Below the pieces are notes generated by a model. That model saw only the letters and a list, made by a program, of their open reading frames with translations. It did not search any database and had not been told where the DNA came from. A stretch of 64,000 nucleotides of DNA from Chloroflexota bacterium (lineage in GTDB: Bacteria; Chloroflexota; Dehalococcoidia; GIF9; AB-539-J10), in assembly GCA_036834125.1 (NCBI GenBank), contig DAITOK010000002.1, forward strand, positions 49,382-113,381, written 5' to 3'. The stretch's first letter is position 1. Each line of letters starts with the position of its first letter. Made by a program: the position numbers and the translations under genes. Of this stretch, positions 1 through 9,159 are shown in pieces.

Positions 1-579
1 GAAGCCCGCGTTAAACGGGGTAGCGCGGAAAATGTACTTGAAGTGTGCCGAGATGCTCGCATTGGATTCAAAGAAAGGCGCCCCTATATGATGAGACGGA
101 TAGAACGGTACCTTTCCGTCGCCAGGGACAAATCCCGACAGTAACTCACCTGTAGCCGCACCACAGATGAAGAAGGGGATGTCTGGCACCTCGGGTTTTC
201 CAAGGTGGTTTATCATGGTGATGACAGCCTCTGTCCGGAAGCCGCCTATAATATATTGTGCGCCTTTCTCGATTAGCCAATCGACGGCCTTATAGGCGTT
301 GGGATAATCGGTAATTTCGTTGCTGTTCCTGGTGAGTATCTCGATGTCGTAGCTAGTCGTGTTCCCGCCCACTGTGATGTTCACGCCACCAGCGGCGTTG
401 ATTTCCTTTGCCGCCAATTGCGCACCTTTGACCATGTGCTCGCCCTGTATGTACCCGGCAGGATAGGGTACGCCGATTATTATCTTGGGCTTTGCAGGTG
501 CTCCTGGTCCAGTACACCCGGGCAGCACTATCCCGATCACCAGCAGGCTTACCACTATCAGAAATAATACTCTTTTCAA
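1..579 (-). CDS. Branched-chain amino acid ABC transporter substrate-binding lipoprotein (LivK-like), 5' part; runs off window edge
   Basis: Not in ORF track. Manual translation from TTG at 579 (SD GGAGG upstream): MKRVLFLIVVSLLVIGIVLPGCTGPGAPAKPKIIIGVPYPAGYIQGEHMVKGAQLAAKEINAAGGV... It has a lipobox LPGC and a GAQLAAKEINAAGG motif, and is paralogous to 6148..7734. Confidence 0.8.
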   Translation of the reverse strand, partial: MKRVLFLIVVSLLVIGIVLPGCTGPGAPAKPKIIIGVPYPAGYIQGEHMVKGAQLAAKEINAAGGVNITVGGNTTSYDIEILTRNSNEITDYPNAYKAVDWLIEKGAQYIIGGFRTEAVITMINHLGKPEVPDIPFFICGAATGELLSGFVPGDGKVPFYPSHHIGAPFFESNASISAHFKYIFRATPFNAGF

Positions 580-599
580 AGCATCAACCTCCTTTTAGT

Positions 600-689
600 T
601 TACGCTTCTTTTTTGCAGTCGCTGGAACAAGCCGCTCGACCAGCGTTCGTTTCCAGCAACTTCACCATTTTTACCTTACCCGATAGCAT
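600..689 (-). CDS. Putative 29-aa leader peptide (MLSGKVKMVKLLETNAGRAACSSDCKKEA)
   Basis: ATG at 689 follows a strong SD (GAAAGGAGGTG) and the stop lies just before the SD of the next gene. Below the ORF-track size cutoff. Confidence 0.35.
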   Translation of the reverse strand: MLSGKVKMVKLLETNAGRAACSSDCKKEA

Positions 690-855
690 CACCTCCTTTC
701 TGGCTTGCGGTCTTCCCCCTTCAGGATAAAACATCGCGAGAAGCCACAAGACTACTTGAAAACTCGACCTTTTAGAAGCTTGTCACGTACACTGTCAACC
801 TGAATACTGTGCCTGCCCCTTGTTTTCCTGCCGCACCTCCTTTCCCAAGAGATTT

Positions 856-884
856 ATTATATCCATGGTACCGACCTTTGTCAA
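856..884 (-). promoter_or_regulatory. Consensus sigma70 promoter TTGACA-17-TATAAT
   Basis: Minus strand reads TTGACA aaggtcggtaccatgga TATAAT. Confidence 0.8.
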
Positions 885-907
885 TCACCTTCCCTTTTCC
901 TCTTTAA

Positions 908-938
908 TGTTAACAACCGAATGTTAAAATGCTGTTAA
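908..938. promoter_or_regulatory. Three TGTTAA direct repeats upstream of the -35 box; possible regulator site
   Basis: TGTTAA at 908, 922 and 933. Confidence 0.3.
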
Positions 939-981
939 GTTGCTCAGCCGGTACACAAAAAATCCAGGCATAGAGAAGACA

Positions 982-1011
982 GAAGGCGGCATCTTCTGCC
1001 GCTCCCTTCTC
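982..1011 (-). terminator. Probable intrinsic terminator after nadA
   Basis: GCGGCA/TGCCGC stem (987-992/998-1003), followed on the minus strand by a pyrimidine-rich run. Confidence 0.4.
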
Positions 1012-1077
1012 CAGATTGATTTTTTGGCTGGGCATTTTGGATGTGGTGCCGCTACGATGCAAAGCTAACAGAACGCG

Positions 1078-2034
1078 CTACTGCCCCATTTCGAGCATCC
1101 TGTCCACCGCAGCCTTAGCCTTAAGCTGAATTTCGTCGGGGACCTTCACCTGTGGCTGCATTTCCTGTAAAGCCCACAGTACCTTCTCGAGGGTGATGAG
1201 CTTCATATTGGGGCAGATCGCCTGCTCTGAAACAGGGATGAATTTCTTGCCCGGGTTTTCTTTCCTCAGGCGATGTATTATCCCGATCTCCGTGCCCACC
1301 ACCATCTCCCTGACCTCATCCCGCCGGGCATAGCGGCACATACCGCTGGTGCTGGCAACTTCGTCGGCCAGGGCGATGACTTCCGGTCGGCACTCGGGAT
1401 GCACGACCACCTTAGCCTGAGGATACTCCCGCTTCAACTCCTTTATCCTGTCCGGGGTTATCCGCACATGGGTGGGACAGAAGCCGGGCCAGAGAATCAT
1501 ATCCTTGCCCGTCTGGCTGGCGACATAATGGCCAAGGTACTGGTCGGGGACAAACAATATTTGTTCAGCCTTCAGGCTCTGCACGATTCTGACGGCGTTG
1601 GCAGAGGTGCAGCAGATATCCGATTCCGCCTTGACTTCCGCGGAGGAGTTGATGTAGCAGACGACCACAGCCTGGGGATGTTCCTTTTTCTTGGCTTGCA
1701 GGCGCTCAGGCGTAATCATATCCGCCAGTGGGCAGCCAGCGTTTATATCGGGCAGCAAGACCACTTTAGTGGGGCAGAGAATGGCGGCTGTTTCCGCCAT
1801 GAAGTGGACGCCGCAGAACACGATGACATCGGCGTTGGTTTTGGCGGCGTTCTGGCTCAGCTCCAACGAATCGCCCACAAAGTCGGCTATATCCTGAACC
1901 TCACCCAGTTGATAGTTATGGGCGAGGATGACAGCATTTCTTTTCCTCTTTAAGCCGATAATCTTTTCGGCTAGTTCTGCATCTCTATTTCTCATATCGT
2001 TGCTCGCTCCCGCCTCACAGAATACCTCAGCCAT
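1078..2034 (-). CDS. nadA: Quinolinate synthase A
   Basis: ILAHNYQ, FCGVHFMAE, AGCPLAD, YINSS, VHPEC and CPNMK motifs. True start may be 1995. Confidence 0.97.
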   Translation of the reverse strand: MAEVFCEAGASNDMRNRDAELAEKIIGLKRKRNAVILAHNYQLGEVQDIADFVGDSLELSQNAAKTNADVIVFCGVHFMAETAAILCPTKVVLLPDINAGCPLADMITPERLQAKKKEHPQAVVVCYINSSAEVKAESDICCTSANAVRIVQSLKAEQILFVPDQYLGHYVASQTGKDMILWPGFCPTHVRITPDRIKELKREYPQAKVVVHPECRPEVIALADEVASTSGMCRYARRDEVREMVVGTEIGIIHRLRKENPGKKFIPVSEQAICPNMKLITLEKVLWALQEMQPQVKVPDEIQLKAKAAVDRMLEMGQ

Positions 2035-2058
2035 CTGGCGGCAAGGCTGGCATCATTG

Positions 2059-3051
2059 CTATAGCAATGAGAAGCAATAGCCTAGAAGCAGAGACAGCGT
2101 GCACACCACAGTCAGATAGATAGCCAGAATCCTGCCCCCGAATTCCTTTCTCAGGACCAGGATGGTGCCCCAGCTGGTGATGGGCCCCGCCAATAGGAGC
2201 ACCATCCCCGCCCCGACATTCATGCCCTGCGAGAGAAAGGCATCAACCAGGTGAACGCTTGTTATTGAGCTGGTGTATTTGATCAAGCCGAAGCCCAGGC
2301 TGAACACATATCCCAATCCCCCGCTTAAATGAGTGCTGACGAATTCTCTCACCGGAGCTATGGCTGTTATCAGAGCTGTAAGAGCCAACCCCAGAAGCAG
2401 CTCCGGCCCAATTTCCTTGACCATATCCACGTAGGCATATCTAAACGCCCCCTTGACTCGGTGAGCGAGCTGCTGCGGCTCTTTAATAGGCTCATTGGGA
2501 CTGCTTCCAAAGGTTTGCTGACAGCGGGAACACGAGGTGTAATCAGGCGCCCCGTCGGATTCTGTGCCAGCCGAGTCAGGGATTTTGGCGTTGTTTTGGC
2601 ACACAGGGTCAGAAGACGCCTGTACCACAGGAACAAAGCACGCAGCTCTCCTTTTGGCGGCGTCTCCCACCAGTCCTGTAACCAAGCCCGTCACTATTAC
2701 AGCAAAGAATATGTAGGTCATAAACTTTAAGCCCAGAATACTATAGGCGAGGATGAGGGACACCACAGAGACAGCCGGTGCAGCCACGAGGAAAGCCAGG
2801 ACCGGTCCCAGTTTCGCTCCCTTTTCACGCAGGCTCACCGCCACCGGCAGGGCGCTGAAACAACACATAGGCAAGAGCATGCTGATAACGGTGGAGTAAA
2901 GAATCGGCTTAATGCCTCCTCCACCCAGGCGTCTTGTTATCCAGCTGGAAGGGACAAACTCGTGAATCAATCCGCTCAGCAGAAACCCTATTGCTAAATA
3001 GGGCAGTATCTCAAGGAGATAATACTTAAATGCTAACAAATACTCCAACAT
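2059..3051 (-). CDS. Predicted permease (ArsP/DUF318/SO_0444-type) with degenerate YHS-like insert
   Basis: LPYL..GFLLSG, LPMCCFSALPVA and GPVLAFLVAAP motifs; paralogue of 3094..4095. Confidence 0.8.
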   Translation of the reverse strand: MLEYLLAFKYYLLEILPYLAIGFLLSGLIHEFVPSSWITRRLGGGGIKPILYSTVISMLLPMCCFSALPVAVSLREKGAKLGPVLAFLVAAPAVSVVSLILAYSILGLKFMTYIFFAVIVTGLVTGLVGDAAKRRAACFVPVVQASSDPVCQNNAKIPDSAGTESDGAPDYTSCSRCQQTFGSSPNEPIKEPQQLAHRVKGAFRYAYVDMVKEIGPELLLGLALTALITAIAPVREFVSTHLSGGLGYVFSLGFGLIKYTSSITSVHLVDAFLSQGMNVGAGMVLLLAGPITSWGTILVLRKEFGGRILAIYLTVVCTLSLLLGYCFSLL

Positions 3052-3093
3052 AGTATCGGCAGTTGTGCCTTTCCATAATGTTCAAGAATCATC

Positions 3094-4095
3094 TCACAGT
3101 TTGTGTATCACAGCAAAACAATAGCCTAAAGCTAGAGAGAGCGTGCAGATAACCAGCAGGTAAATAGCTAGAATCCTTCCCCCAAATTCCTTTCTGAGGA
3201 CGAGGATAGTTCCCCAGCTGGTGATGGGACCCACCAACAACAGCACCATCCCCGCCCCGATGTTCATGCCCTGCGACACGAGGGCGTGGACTAGTGGCAC
3301 GCTGGCAGTGGAGCAGATATACATGATCAACCCGAAGCCCAGGCTGAACAGATAGCCCAATCCTCCACCGAAATGAGTGCCCACGAACCTGCCCACTGGC
3401 GCCACTGCTGCTACCAGGGCGGCGAGAGCCAGACCCAGAAGCAATTCCGGTCCAATCTCCTTGACCATATCCACGAAGGCATATTTGAGCACATGCTTCA
3501 TCCTGTGGGCAAGCTGGCGGGAGCCTGCTATGTATTGCTCGGGATTATTTTCAAATGCTTCTTGGCAATGAGAACAGCAGAAGTAATAGGTTTCGCCACG
3601 GTATTCTGTGTTGGGTGACTTCTCCGTCTCCACGTTCATGCCACAAACGGGGTCGAGAGCCAGGTTGGCTGGTGGCACAAGGGCTTTCGCCTTCCCTGCC
3701 ACCATGTTCCCGACCAGCCCCATGACCAACCCCATAATTACTACAGCCAGGAAAATGAACAAGGTGAACTTCCATCCCAGGAGACCATAGGTGACGAGGA
3801 GAGCGCTTATGGAAGTGGCTGGTGTCGCCACCAAAAATGCCAGCACTGGCCCCAATCTTGCCCCTTTCTGTCGCAGGCTAACCGCCACGGGCAAGGAGCC
3901 GAAACAGCATAAAGGCAGGAGCGTGCCGATAATTGTGGAGTAAAGGATGGGCTTGACACCACCTCCGCCAAGATGTCTTTCCACCAGTCTGGAAGGAGCG
4001 AACTCGTGAATGATGCCACTCAACAGCAACCCTGCTGCCAGATAGGGCAACACCTCAACAAGATAATCTTTGAATACTGTGAAATACTGGAGCAT
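3094..4095 (-). CDS. Predicted permease (ArsP/DUF318/SO_0444-type) with YHS/TRASH metal-binding domain
   Basis: LPLCCFGSLPVA and YICSTASVP motifs; insert DPVCGMNV...YRGETYYFCCSHCQEAF. Start taken at ATG 4095. Confidence 0.85.
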   Translation of the reverse strand: MLQYFTVFKDYLVEVLPYLAAGLLLSGIIHEFAPSRLVERHLGGGGVKPILYSTIIGTLLPLCCFGSLPVAVSLRQKGARLGPVLAFLVATPATSISALLVTYGLLGWKFTLFIFLAVVIMGLVMGLVGNMVAGKAKALVPPANLALDPVCGMNVETEKSPNTEYRGETYYFCCSHCQEAFENNPEQYIAGSRQLAHRMKHVLKYAFVDMVKEIGPELLLGLALAALVAAVAPVGRFVGTHFGGGLGYLFSLGFGLIMYICSTASVPLVHALVSQGMNIGAGMVLLLVGPITSWGTILVLRKEFGGRILAIYLLVICTLSLALGYCFAVIHKL

Positions 4096-4311
4096 GTTGT
4101 GTCCTATTTTCCCATTTTTTAGCCTGTACAGCAACGCAGGTGGGAGACGGCTTCAGCCGATGTCTCTCTTGCTGGCGACCATTTGCCGCAGCCTGGCACG
4201 CAGAAGCACAGGTATGCCGCTTCCTGCTGCAGTTGCCCGTCCCGATACTTGGAGCCGGCCGTGACACAGCTAGACTTGCCGCAGCAACCAGGCTTATCTG
4301 GTGATGCGAAA

Positions 4312-4704
4312 TCAGCGTGCAGAAGATTTCCTCAAATAATCCGCAACAGCCGACTTGATGGCGTCCTCAGCCAGCACTGAGCAATGAACCTTGGGTGGCG
4401 GCAAGCCGCCCAGAGCATCGGCGACTTGTTGGTTTGTGATCTTCAGCACTTCGTCAATGGTTTTCCCCTTCATCAGCTCGGTAGCCATGGAGCCGCTGGC
4501 GATGGCTGCGCCACAACCCATCGTCCGGAATTTAGCATCAACTATGACACCGTCCCTCACCTTGATATAAAGTTCCATCGTGTCCCCGCAGACAGGGCTG
4601 CCGGCATGTCCGACGCCATCCGGATTCTCCATCTCACCGACATTGCGAGGGTTCTTGAAGTGTTCTATTACCTTGTCGCTATACTGTGCCCAGAGGTCAG
4701 TCAC
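4312..4704 (-). CDS. iscU: Fe-S cluster scaffold IscU/NifU
   Basis: YSDKVIEHFKNPRNVG, SPVCGD, GCGAAIAS and KVHCS motifs. Confidence 0.95.
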   Translation of the reverse strand: MTDLWAQYSDKVIEHFKNPRNVGEMENPDGVGHAGSPVCGDTMELYIKVRDGVIVDAKFRTMGCGAAIASGSMATELMKGKTIDEVLKITNQQVADALGGLPPPKVHCSVLAEDAIKSAVADYLRKSSAR

Positions 4705-4708
4705 TCGG

Positions 4709-5881
4709 TTAACTCCGATGTTGGGTTTTCAAGAGCGGGGACATGGCTCTCAATCTGGCGATGATCCCCGGCAGCACCTCAAGCACCCGGTCTATATCGG
4801 CTTGGGTGTTGTCCCGCCCTAGGGTAAGCCTGAGTGAGCCGTGGGCTTGCTCAGGAGGAAGCCCCAGCGCCAGGAGAACGTGGGAAGGCTCACGGCTTCC
4901 CGAGCTGCAAGCTGAGCCGGTGGAGGCACAGATGCCCTCCAGGTCCAGGTTCAAGAGCATGGATTCCCCTTCCACAAAATCAACGCTGATGTTGACGTTG
5001 TTGGGCAGCCTTCTTGTGGGGTGCCCATTCAGGCGGAGGTGGTCAACCTTCTCCTGAAGACCTTTGATCAGCTTGTCCCGAAGATAGGTCTGCCGTTTCA
5101 TTTCCTTGTCCATCTCCTGCCCCGCCAGCTCTGCTGCCTTGCCCAATCCTACAATGCCGGGCACATTTTCTGTGCCAGCCCTGCGCCCTGCCTCGTGTCC
5201 GCCGCCGTGAATGAGAGAGACTAGCCTGGTGCCTTTTCTTATATATAACGCTCCAATTCCCTTGGGTCCATAGCACTTATGTCCAGAAATGGACAGCAAG
5301 TCCACTTGCAGCTCATCCACATTCACCGGGATATGCCCTACCGTTTGCACAGCATCGGTGTGAAAATAGACGCCAGCTTCACGGGCGATTCTGCCTATTT
5401 CTGCCGCTGGCTGTATCGTCCCTACCTCGTTATTAGCATGCATGACCGAAATGAGAATAGTCTTATTGGTAATAGCTTTTCTGACATCGTTGGGGTCAAC
5501 GAGGCCGTACTTGTCCACGGGCACATACGTTACCCTGAATCCTCTTTTCTCGAGAAACTTACAGACCTCGAGCACTGCATGATGTTCCGCGACGCTGGTA
5601 ATGATGTGGTTTCCCTTGTGCTCATTAGCCAGGGCAACTCCTTTGAGGGCAAGATTGTTCGCCTCTGTTCCCCCGCTGGTGAAAACGACCTCCTCGCCTT
5701 GGGCACCGATAAGTTTCGCCACCTTGGCTCTAGCTTCTTCTACAGCCCGCCTTGTCTCTTGACCATAAGAATGGAGGCTGGAGGGGTTGCCGAAGGCGTT
5801 GCTGAAATAGGGGAGCATAGCCTTCACCACCTCGGGATAGGCTGGGGTCGTAGCAGCGTGGTCAAGATATATTCTGTGCAT
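4709..5881 (-). CDS. iscS: Cysteine desulfurase IscS/NifS
   Basis: [32 protein letters not shown] and STGSACSS motifs; start taken at ATG 5881. Confidence 0.96.
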   Translation of the reverse strand: MHRIYLDHAATTPAYPEVVKAMLPYFSNAFGNPSSLHSYGQETRRAVEEARAKVAKLIGAQGEEVVFTSGGTEANNLALKGVALANEHKGNHIITSVAEHHAVLEVCKFLEKRGFRVTYVPVDKYGLVDPNDVRKAITNKTILISVMHANNEVGTIQPAAEIGRIAREAGVYFHTDAVQTVGHIPVNVDELQVDLLSISGHKCYGPKGIGALYIRKGTRLVSLIHGGGHEAGRRAGTENVPGIVGLGKAAELAGQEMDKEMKRQTYLRDKLIKGLQEKVDHLRLNGHPTRRLPNNVNISVDFVEGESMLLNLDLEGICASTGSACSSGSREPSHVLLALGLPPEQAHGSLRLTLGRDNTQADIDRVLEVLPGIIARLRAMSPLLKTQHRS

Positions 5882-6082
5882 TTCTACAGGCGTTGCTCCT
5901 TGCCGGCTTGCACCGAAAATACTGTAGCATTTTAGCACCCGTCTGCTCGCCTCACAAATGACGTGAAACAAGTTATAGAGGAAGAACCGAAGAACAAACA
6001 GCGAGTCTGCCAGTGACTATCCAGCGATGGCATTCAAGTTTTTCAAGTACATCATTAATGGAATCTTAATATTTTCATGCTA

Positions 6083-6091
6083 TGATATAAT
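6083..6091 (+). promoter_or_regulatory. Extended -10 element TGnTATAAT
   Basis: TGATATAAT about 57 nt upstream of the ATG at 6148. Confidence 0.5.
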
Positions 6092-6147
6092 CGGTTTTGC
6101 TTTGTGCCTTATCGTGAGAGCATTGCCATTGTGATAGAAGTAGATAA

Positions 6148-7734
6148 ATGATTAAGAAAGTCGTTTCCCTGGCAGTAGCGGCTCTCCTAGCTATAGGGCT
6201 GCTCCTGCCTGGCTGCACCGGTGAGCCGGCACTAACCCCGGTGCTCTATGTCTTTGAGGACGGGAAGATCAATATCGGTGTAGTGGGCGACCTAAATGCC
6301 ACGCTTGGCTCTATGCAGTGGAAGGGTGCCACGCTGGCTCAGGAAGCGGTGAATCGGAATGGCGGGGTAGACATAGGCGGAATAGGCTATGTTTTGGAGT
6401 TGGTTCCCATAGAAACTGGTGAGGAAACGGTGGACCCCAGTGGTTTGACCGGTTCGAAAAATCTCAGGGAGGCGATAGGGGAGATCGATTTCCTGCTTGG
6501 TGGTGCCCGAGCGGAAGCTGTGAAGGTCTATCGGGGTGTAGCCATGGAGAACGGGGTGATTTTCATCAATTGTGGTGTTGCCGCAGAGCTGTTACAGCGT
6601 AGCGTGGTTGATGATTATGCCGGTTATCGGTTCTGGTTCAAGGGGATGCCCTACAATGAGTATTTCCTGGGGCAGACTGTGGTCAGGATACTGGGAGCGG
6701 TGGCAATGAAGCTCAGACAGAAAATGGGGGTGGAAGCCAATTATACGCTAAATGCCACCATAATCGCTGATAATTTGCCCTGGGCTTACGACCAGGTGGT
6801 GATCATCACAGGTCTACTGGGCGGCATAAATGTGAACCTTGTGCGCAGCCCATTCTGGGTAGATCCAGCCGGCAATGTGCGGGCAATGGAGAGCATACTG
6901 AACTCCACAGCAGCCTTGGATCCCCAGTTTATCATCCCTTTGTTCTCTGGGAACGCCGGCGTTCTCTATGACAGGCTGCGCCGTTCTTATGTACCGAATG
7001 CTATGTCGGTAGGCATCAATATCATGGCGCAGCTTAAGAGCCCCTGGGGTGCTGGTAACCTTACTGCACCTCCACCCGATGGTCCAGGTTGTGCCTATGA
7101 AGTTCTACTGGACACCTGGGCAGAGGGATTGAACCAGACAACTAGGACGGCTGCTTTTCTGGCTGCGTTCATGAACTCCACTTCAGACGAGTACCCGCTG
7201 TATACCGCAGCTACCTATGACGCTATTTTTTGCCTTAAAGCGGCTATTGAAGCAGTGGCATGGTATGATGCACGAAAAGGGGTTGCCTGTGCCCGGGCTG
7301 ATGACATTATTCGATGGCTGGAAAACCCCGCCAATGCCCAGGTGACTACCACTGGCAATGTCACTTATTATCCCAGACCGGGAACCACAGCCATTGGAAA
7401 GCCAGCGCTCACGCAAGACCAGGTTCGCTCGCTGTACGACCTGGGTAGCTATAACGGGACATATACATATGACGGGAAGGATTGGATTGTTCCGCCGCAT
7501 ACTGCTCATGACCTTGTTTATGGTCCAGGACGCGTGACCGGCATTGGCGCCCAGTGGCAATGGAATAATGAGACCGGTCGCTGGCAGAAGGTGGGCGTCT
7601 GGCCTATGGATTCTGGTGACGAATACGACCAGGCATTGACCGACCAGTACGGCTGCTGGAATTTTGCTTATAACGGCACGAAGCCTCTGGTGATACCACA
7701 AAATGTAATTGACCACCACAAGCCGGCTAGCTAG
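6148..7734 (+). CDS. Orphan ABC substrate-binding lipoprotein (LivK/periplasmic binding protein type 1)
   Basis: Lipobox LLLPGC; KINIGVVG, GATLAQEAVN..GGV and YDAIFCLKAAIE motifs. No permease or ATPase gene adjacent. Confidence 0.8.
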   Translation: MIKKVVSLAVAALLAIGLLLPGCTGEPALTPVLYVFEDGKINIGVVGDLNATLGSMQWKGATLAQEAVNRNGGVDIGGIGYVLELVPIETGEETVDPSGLTGSKNLREAIGEIDFLLGGARAEAVKVYRGVAMENGVIFINCGVAAELLQRSVVDDYAGYRFWFKGMPYNEYFLGQTVVRILGAVAMKLRQKMGVEANYTLNATIIADNLPWAYDQVVIITGLLGGINVNLVRSPFWVDPAGNVRAMESILNSTAALDPQFIIPLFSGNAGVLYDRLRRSYVPNAMSVGINIMAQLKSPWGAGNLTAPPPDGPGCAYEVLLDTWAEGLNQTTRTAAFLAAFMNSTSDEYPLYTAATYDAIFCLKAAIEAVAWYDARKGVACARADDIIRWLENPANAQVTTTGNVTYYPRPGTTAIGKPALTQDQVRSLYDLGSYNGTYTYDGKDWIVPPHTAHDLVYGPGRVTGIGAQWQWNNETGRWQKVGVWPMDSGDEYDQALTDQYGCWNFAYNGTKPLVIPQNVIDHHKPAS

Positions 7735-7887
7735 GGATCGAGGTTGGGAGACAGGCGTTGACTTACACATACCGATATAAGCACGGCAGCCGTCGGATGC
7801 TTAATAAACTCTTAATATTTGCGTGTTAACCTGTAATTGGTTTTGCTTTTTGCCGCAAACAGTCAGGAGCTTAAGATAAGCCGGTAT

Positions 7888-8211
7888 ATGGAAAAAGCGG
7901 ACTACATCGTCGTCCTTATCACCACCAGCAGCCAGGAAGAAGCACGCAAGATTGCTGAGCTGCTGGTCAGTAGCAGAAAGGCGGCCTGTGTGAACATCGT
8001 GCCCGAGATAAGTTCGCTGTTCCGGTGGAAAGACAAGGTTGAGTCAGCACCCGAGAGCCTTTTGGTGGTCAAGACCAAAGCGTCGCTTTTCACCGACATA
8101 GTGGAGCTGGTGAAGCGTTCACACAGTTATCAGGTGCCTGAAATCATCGCCCTGCCTATCCTCGCCGGCAGCGAAGATTACCTCAAGTGGCTAGACAGCA
8201 CCTGCCAGTAG
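7888..8211 (+). CDS. cutA: Divalent-cation tolerance protein CutA
   Basis: AACVNI, SLFRWKDKVE..E and HSYQVPEIIALPI motifs; start taken at ATG 7888. Confidence 0.93.
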   Translation: MEKADYIVVLITTSSQEEARKIAELLVSSRKAACVNIVPEISSLFRWKDKVESAPESLLVVKTKASLFTDIVELVKRSHSYQVPEIIALPILAGSEDYLKWLDSTCQ

Positions 8212-8277
8212 AGGTATACTAGCTAGCACGCCGTCAGAGCCGAAGCCAGAGTAGCCAGAAGGAGGCTAACCAAAGAG

Positions 8278-9057
8278 ATGGATGAAATCACTATCTCCCG
8301 TGCCATTGTGGAAAGCTATATGAGGGATTTAGTGGAGGCCATGGATGTGGATGTAGCCATAGCTGGGGCGGGACCCTCCGGGCTGGTTACTGCGTACTAT
8401 CTGGCGAAGGAGGAGATAAGGGTGGCGGTGTTTGAGAGGCAACTTCGGGTGGGTGGCGGTATGCCGGGGGGCGGAATGATGTTCAACCGCATCGTGGTTC
8501 AGGAAGAGGGCAAACGGATATTAGATGAGTTCGGCATATCAGCTGAAGAATACAGGAAGGGGTACTACGTTGCTGATTCGCTAGAAGCTATTGCCACCAT
8601 CTGTTCCCGGGCGATAAAGGCTGGGGCGAAGGTTTTCAATCTGATCAGCGTGGAAGACGTCATGATACGAGAGGATGATAGAATATGTGGGTTTGTTTTG
8701 AACTGGAGCGCCGTATCCTGGTCAAAGTTGCACGTAGACCCTTTGGCAGTGAGGTGCAAGGTGGTGGTAGATGCCACCGGGCATGATGCCGAAGTTTGCC
8801 GTATTGTGGTGAGGAAAATAGGTCCGAAGTTAAGGACGAAGACAGGGGAGGTTATGGGAGAAAAGCCGATGTGGGCTGAGAAGGGCGAGAAAGAGATATT
8901 GAGGAACACCCGAGAGGTCTATCCCGGGCTGGTGGTGGCTGGTATGACGGCGAACGCCGTTTTTGGTTCACCGAGGATGGGAGCCATTTTTGGAGGCATG
9001 CTTTTATCGGGCAGGAAGGCTGCTCGGGTAGTGAAAGAATTGCTTAAACAAAGCTAA
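8278..9057 (+). CDS. thi4: Sulfide-dependent adenosine diphosphate thiazole synthase (Thi4, His-type)
   Basis: [23 protein letters not shown] (His, not Cys), DATGHDA and [10 protein letters not shown] motifs. Confidence 0.93.
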   Translation: MDEITISRAIVESYMRDLVEAMDVDVAIAGAGPSGLVTAYYLAKEEIRVAVFERQLRVGGGMPGGGMMFNRIVVQEEGKRILDEFGISAEEYRKGYYVADSLEAIATICSRAIKAGAKVFNLISVEDVMIREDDRICGFVLNWSAVSWSKLHVDPLAVRCKVVVDATGHDAEVCRIVVRKIGPKLRTKTGEVMGEKPMWAEKGEKEILRNTREVYPGLVVAGMTANAVFGSPRMGAIFGGMLLSGRKAARVVKELLKQS

Positions 9058-9067
9058 ACTTACGAGG

Positions 9068-9096
9068 TTGACGAGATATTTGATCTCGAGGATAGT
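9068..9096 (+). promoter_or_regulatory. Putative promoter TTGACG-17-GATAGT with overlapping inverted repeat CGAGAT-N5-ATCTCG
   Basis: Read directly at 9068-9096; inverted repeat at 9072-9088. Confidence 0.4.
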
Positions 9097-9159
9097 TGAA
9101 GGCTTCTTAAAGTGTTCGTCCCGGTGATAGATCAGGACTAAAAACGACAGAAGGCAAGA

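Noticed and set aside
1273-1953. 226-aa plus-strand ORF and many similar antisense or alternate-frame ORFs (e.g. 5279..5935, 7183..7770, 9775..10401, 12141..12728, 44033..44644, 47582..48169, 60669..61277)
   Set aside because: They are shadows of well-supported genes on the other strand or frame and carry no recognisable motifs.
4119-4300. Cys-rich open frame (PGCCGKSSC...LRCCTG) and ORF 4055..4267 between iscU and the permease
   Set aside because: No convincing start codon or SD; it may be a remnant but is unsupported.
7735-8277. TPP riboswitch upstream of thi4
   Set aside because: The CTGAGA and ACCTGA...GCGTAGGGA cores were not found.
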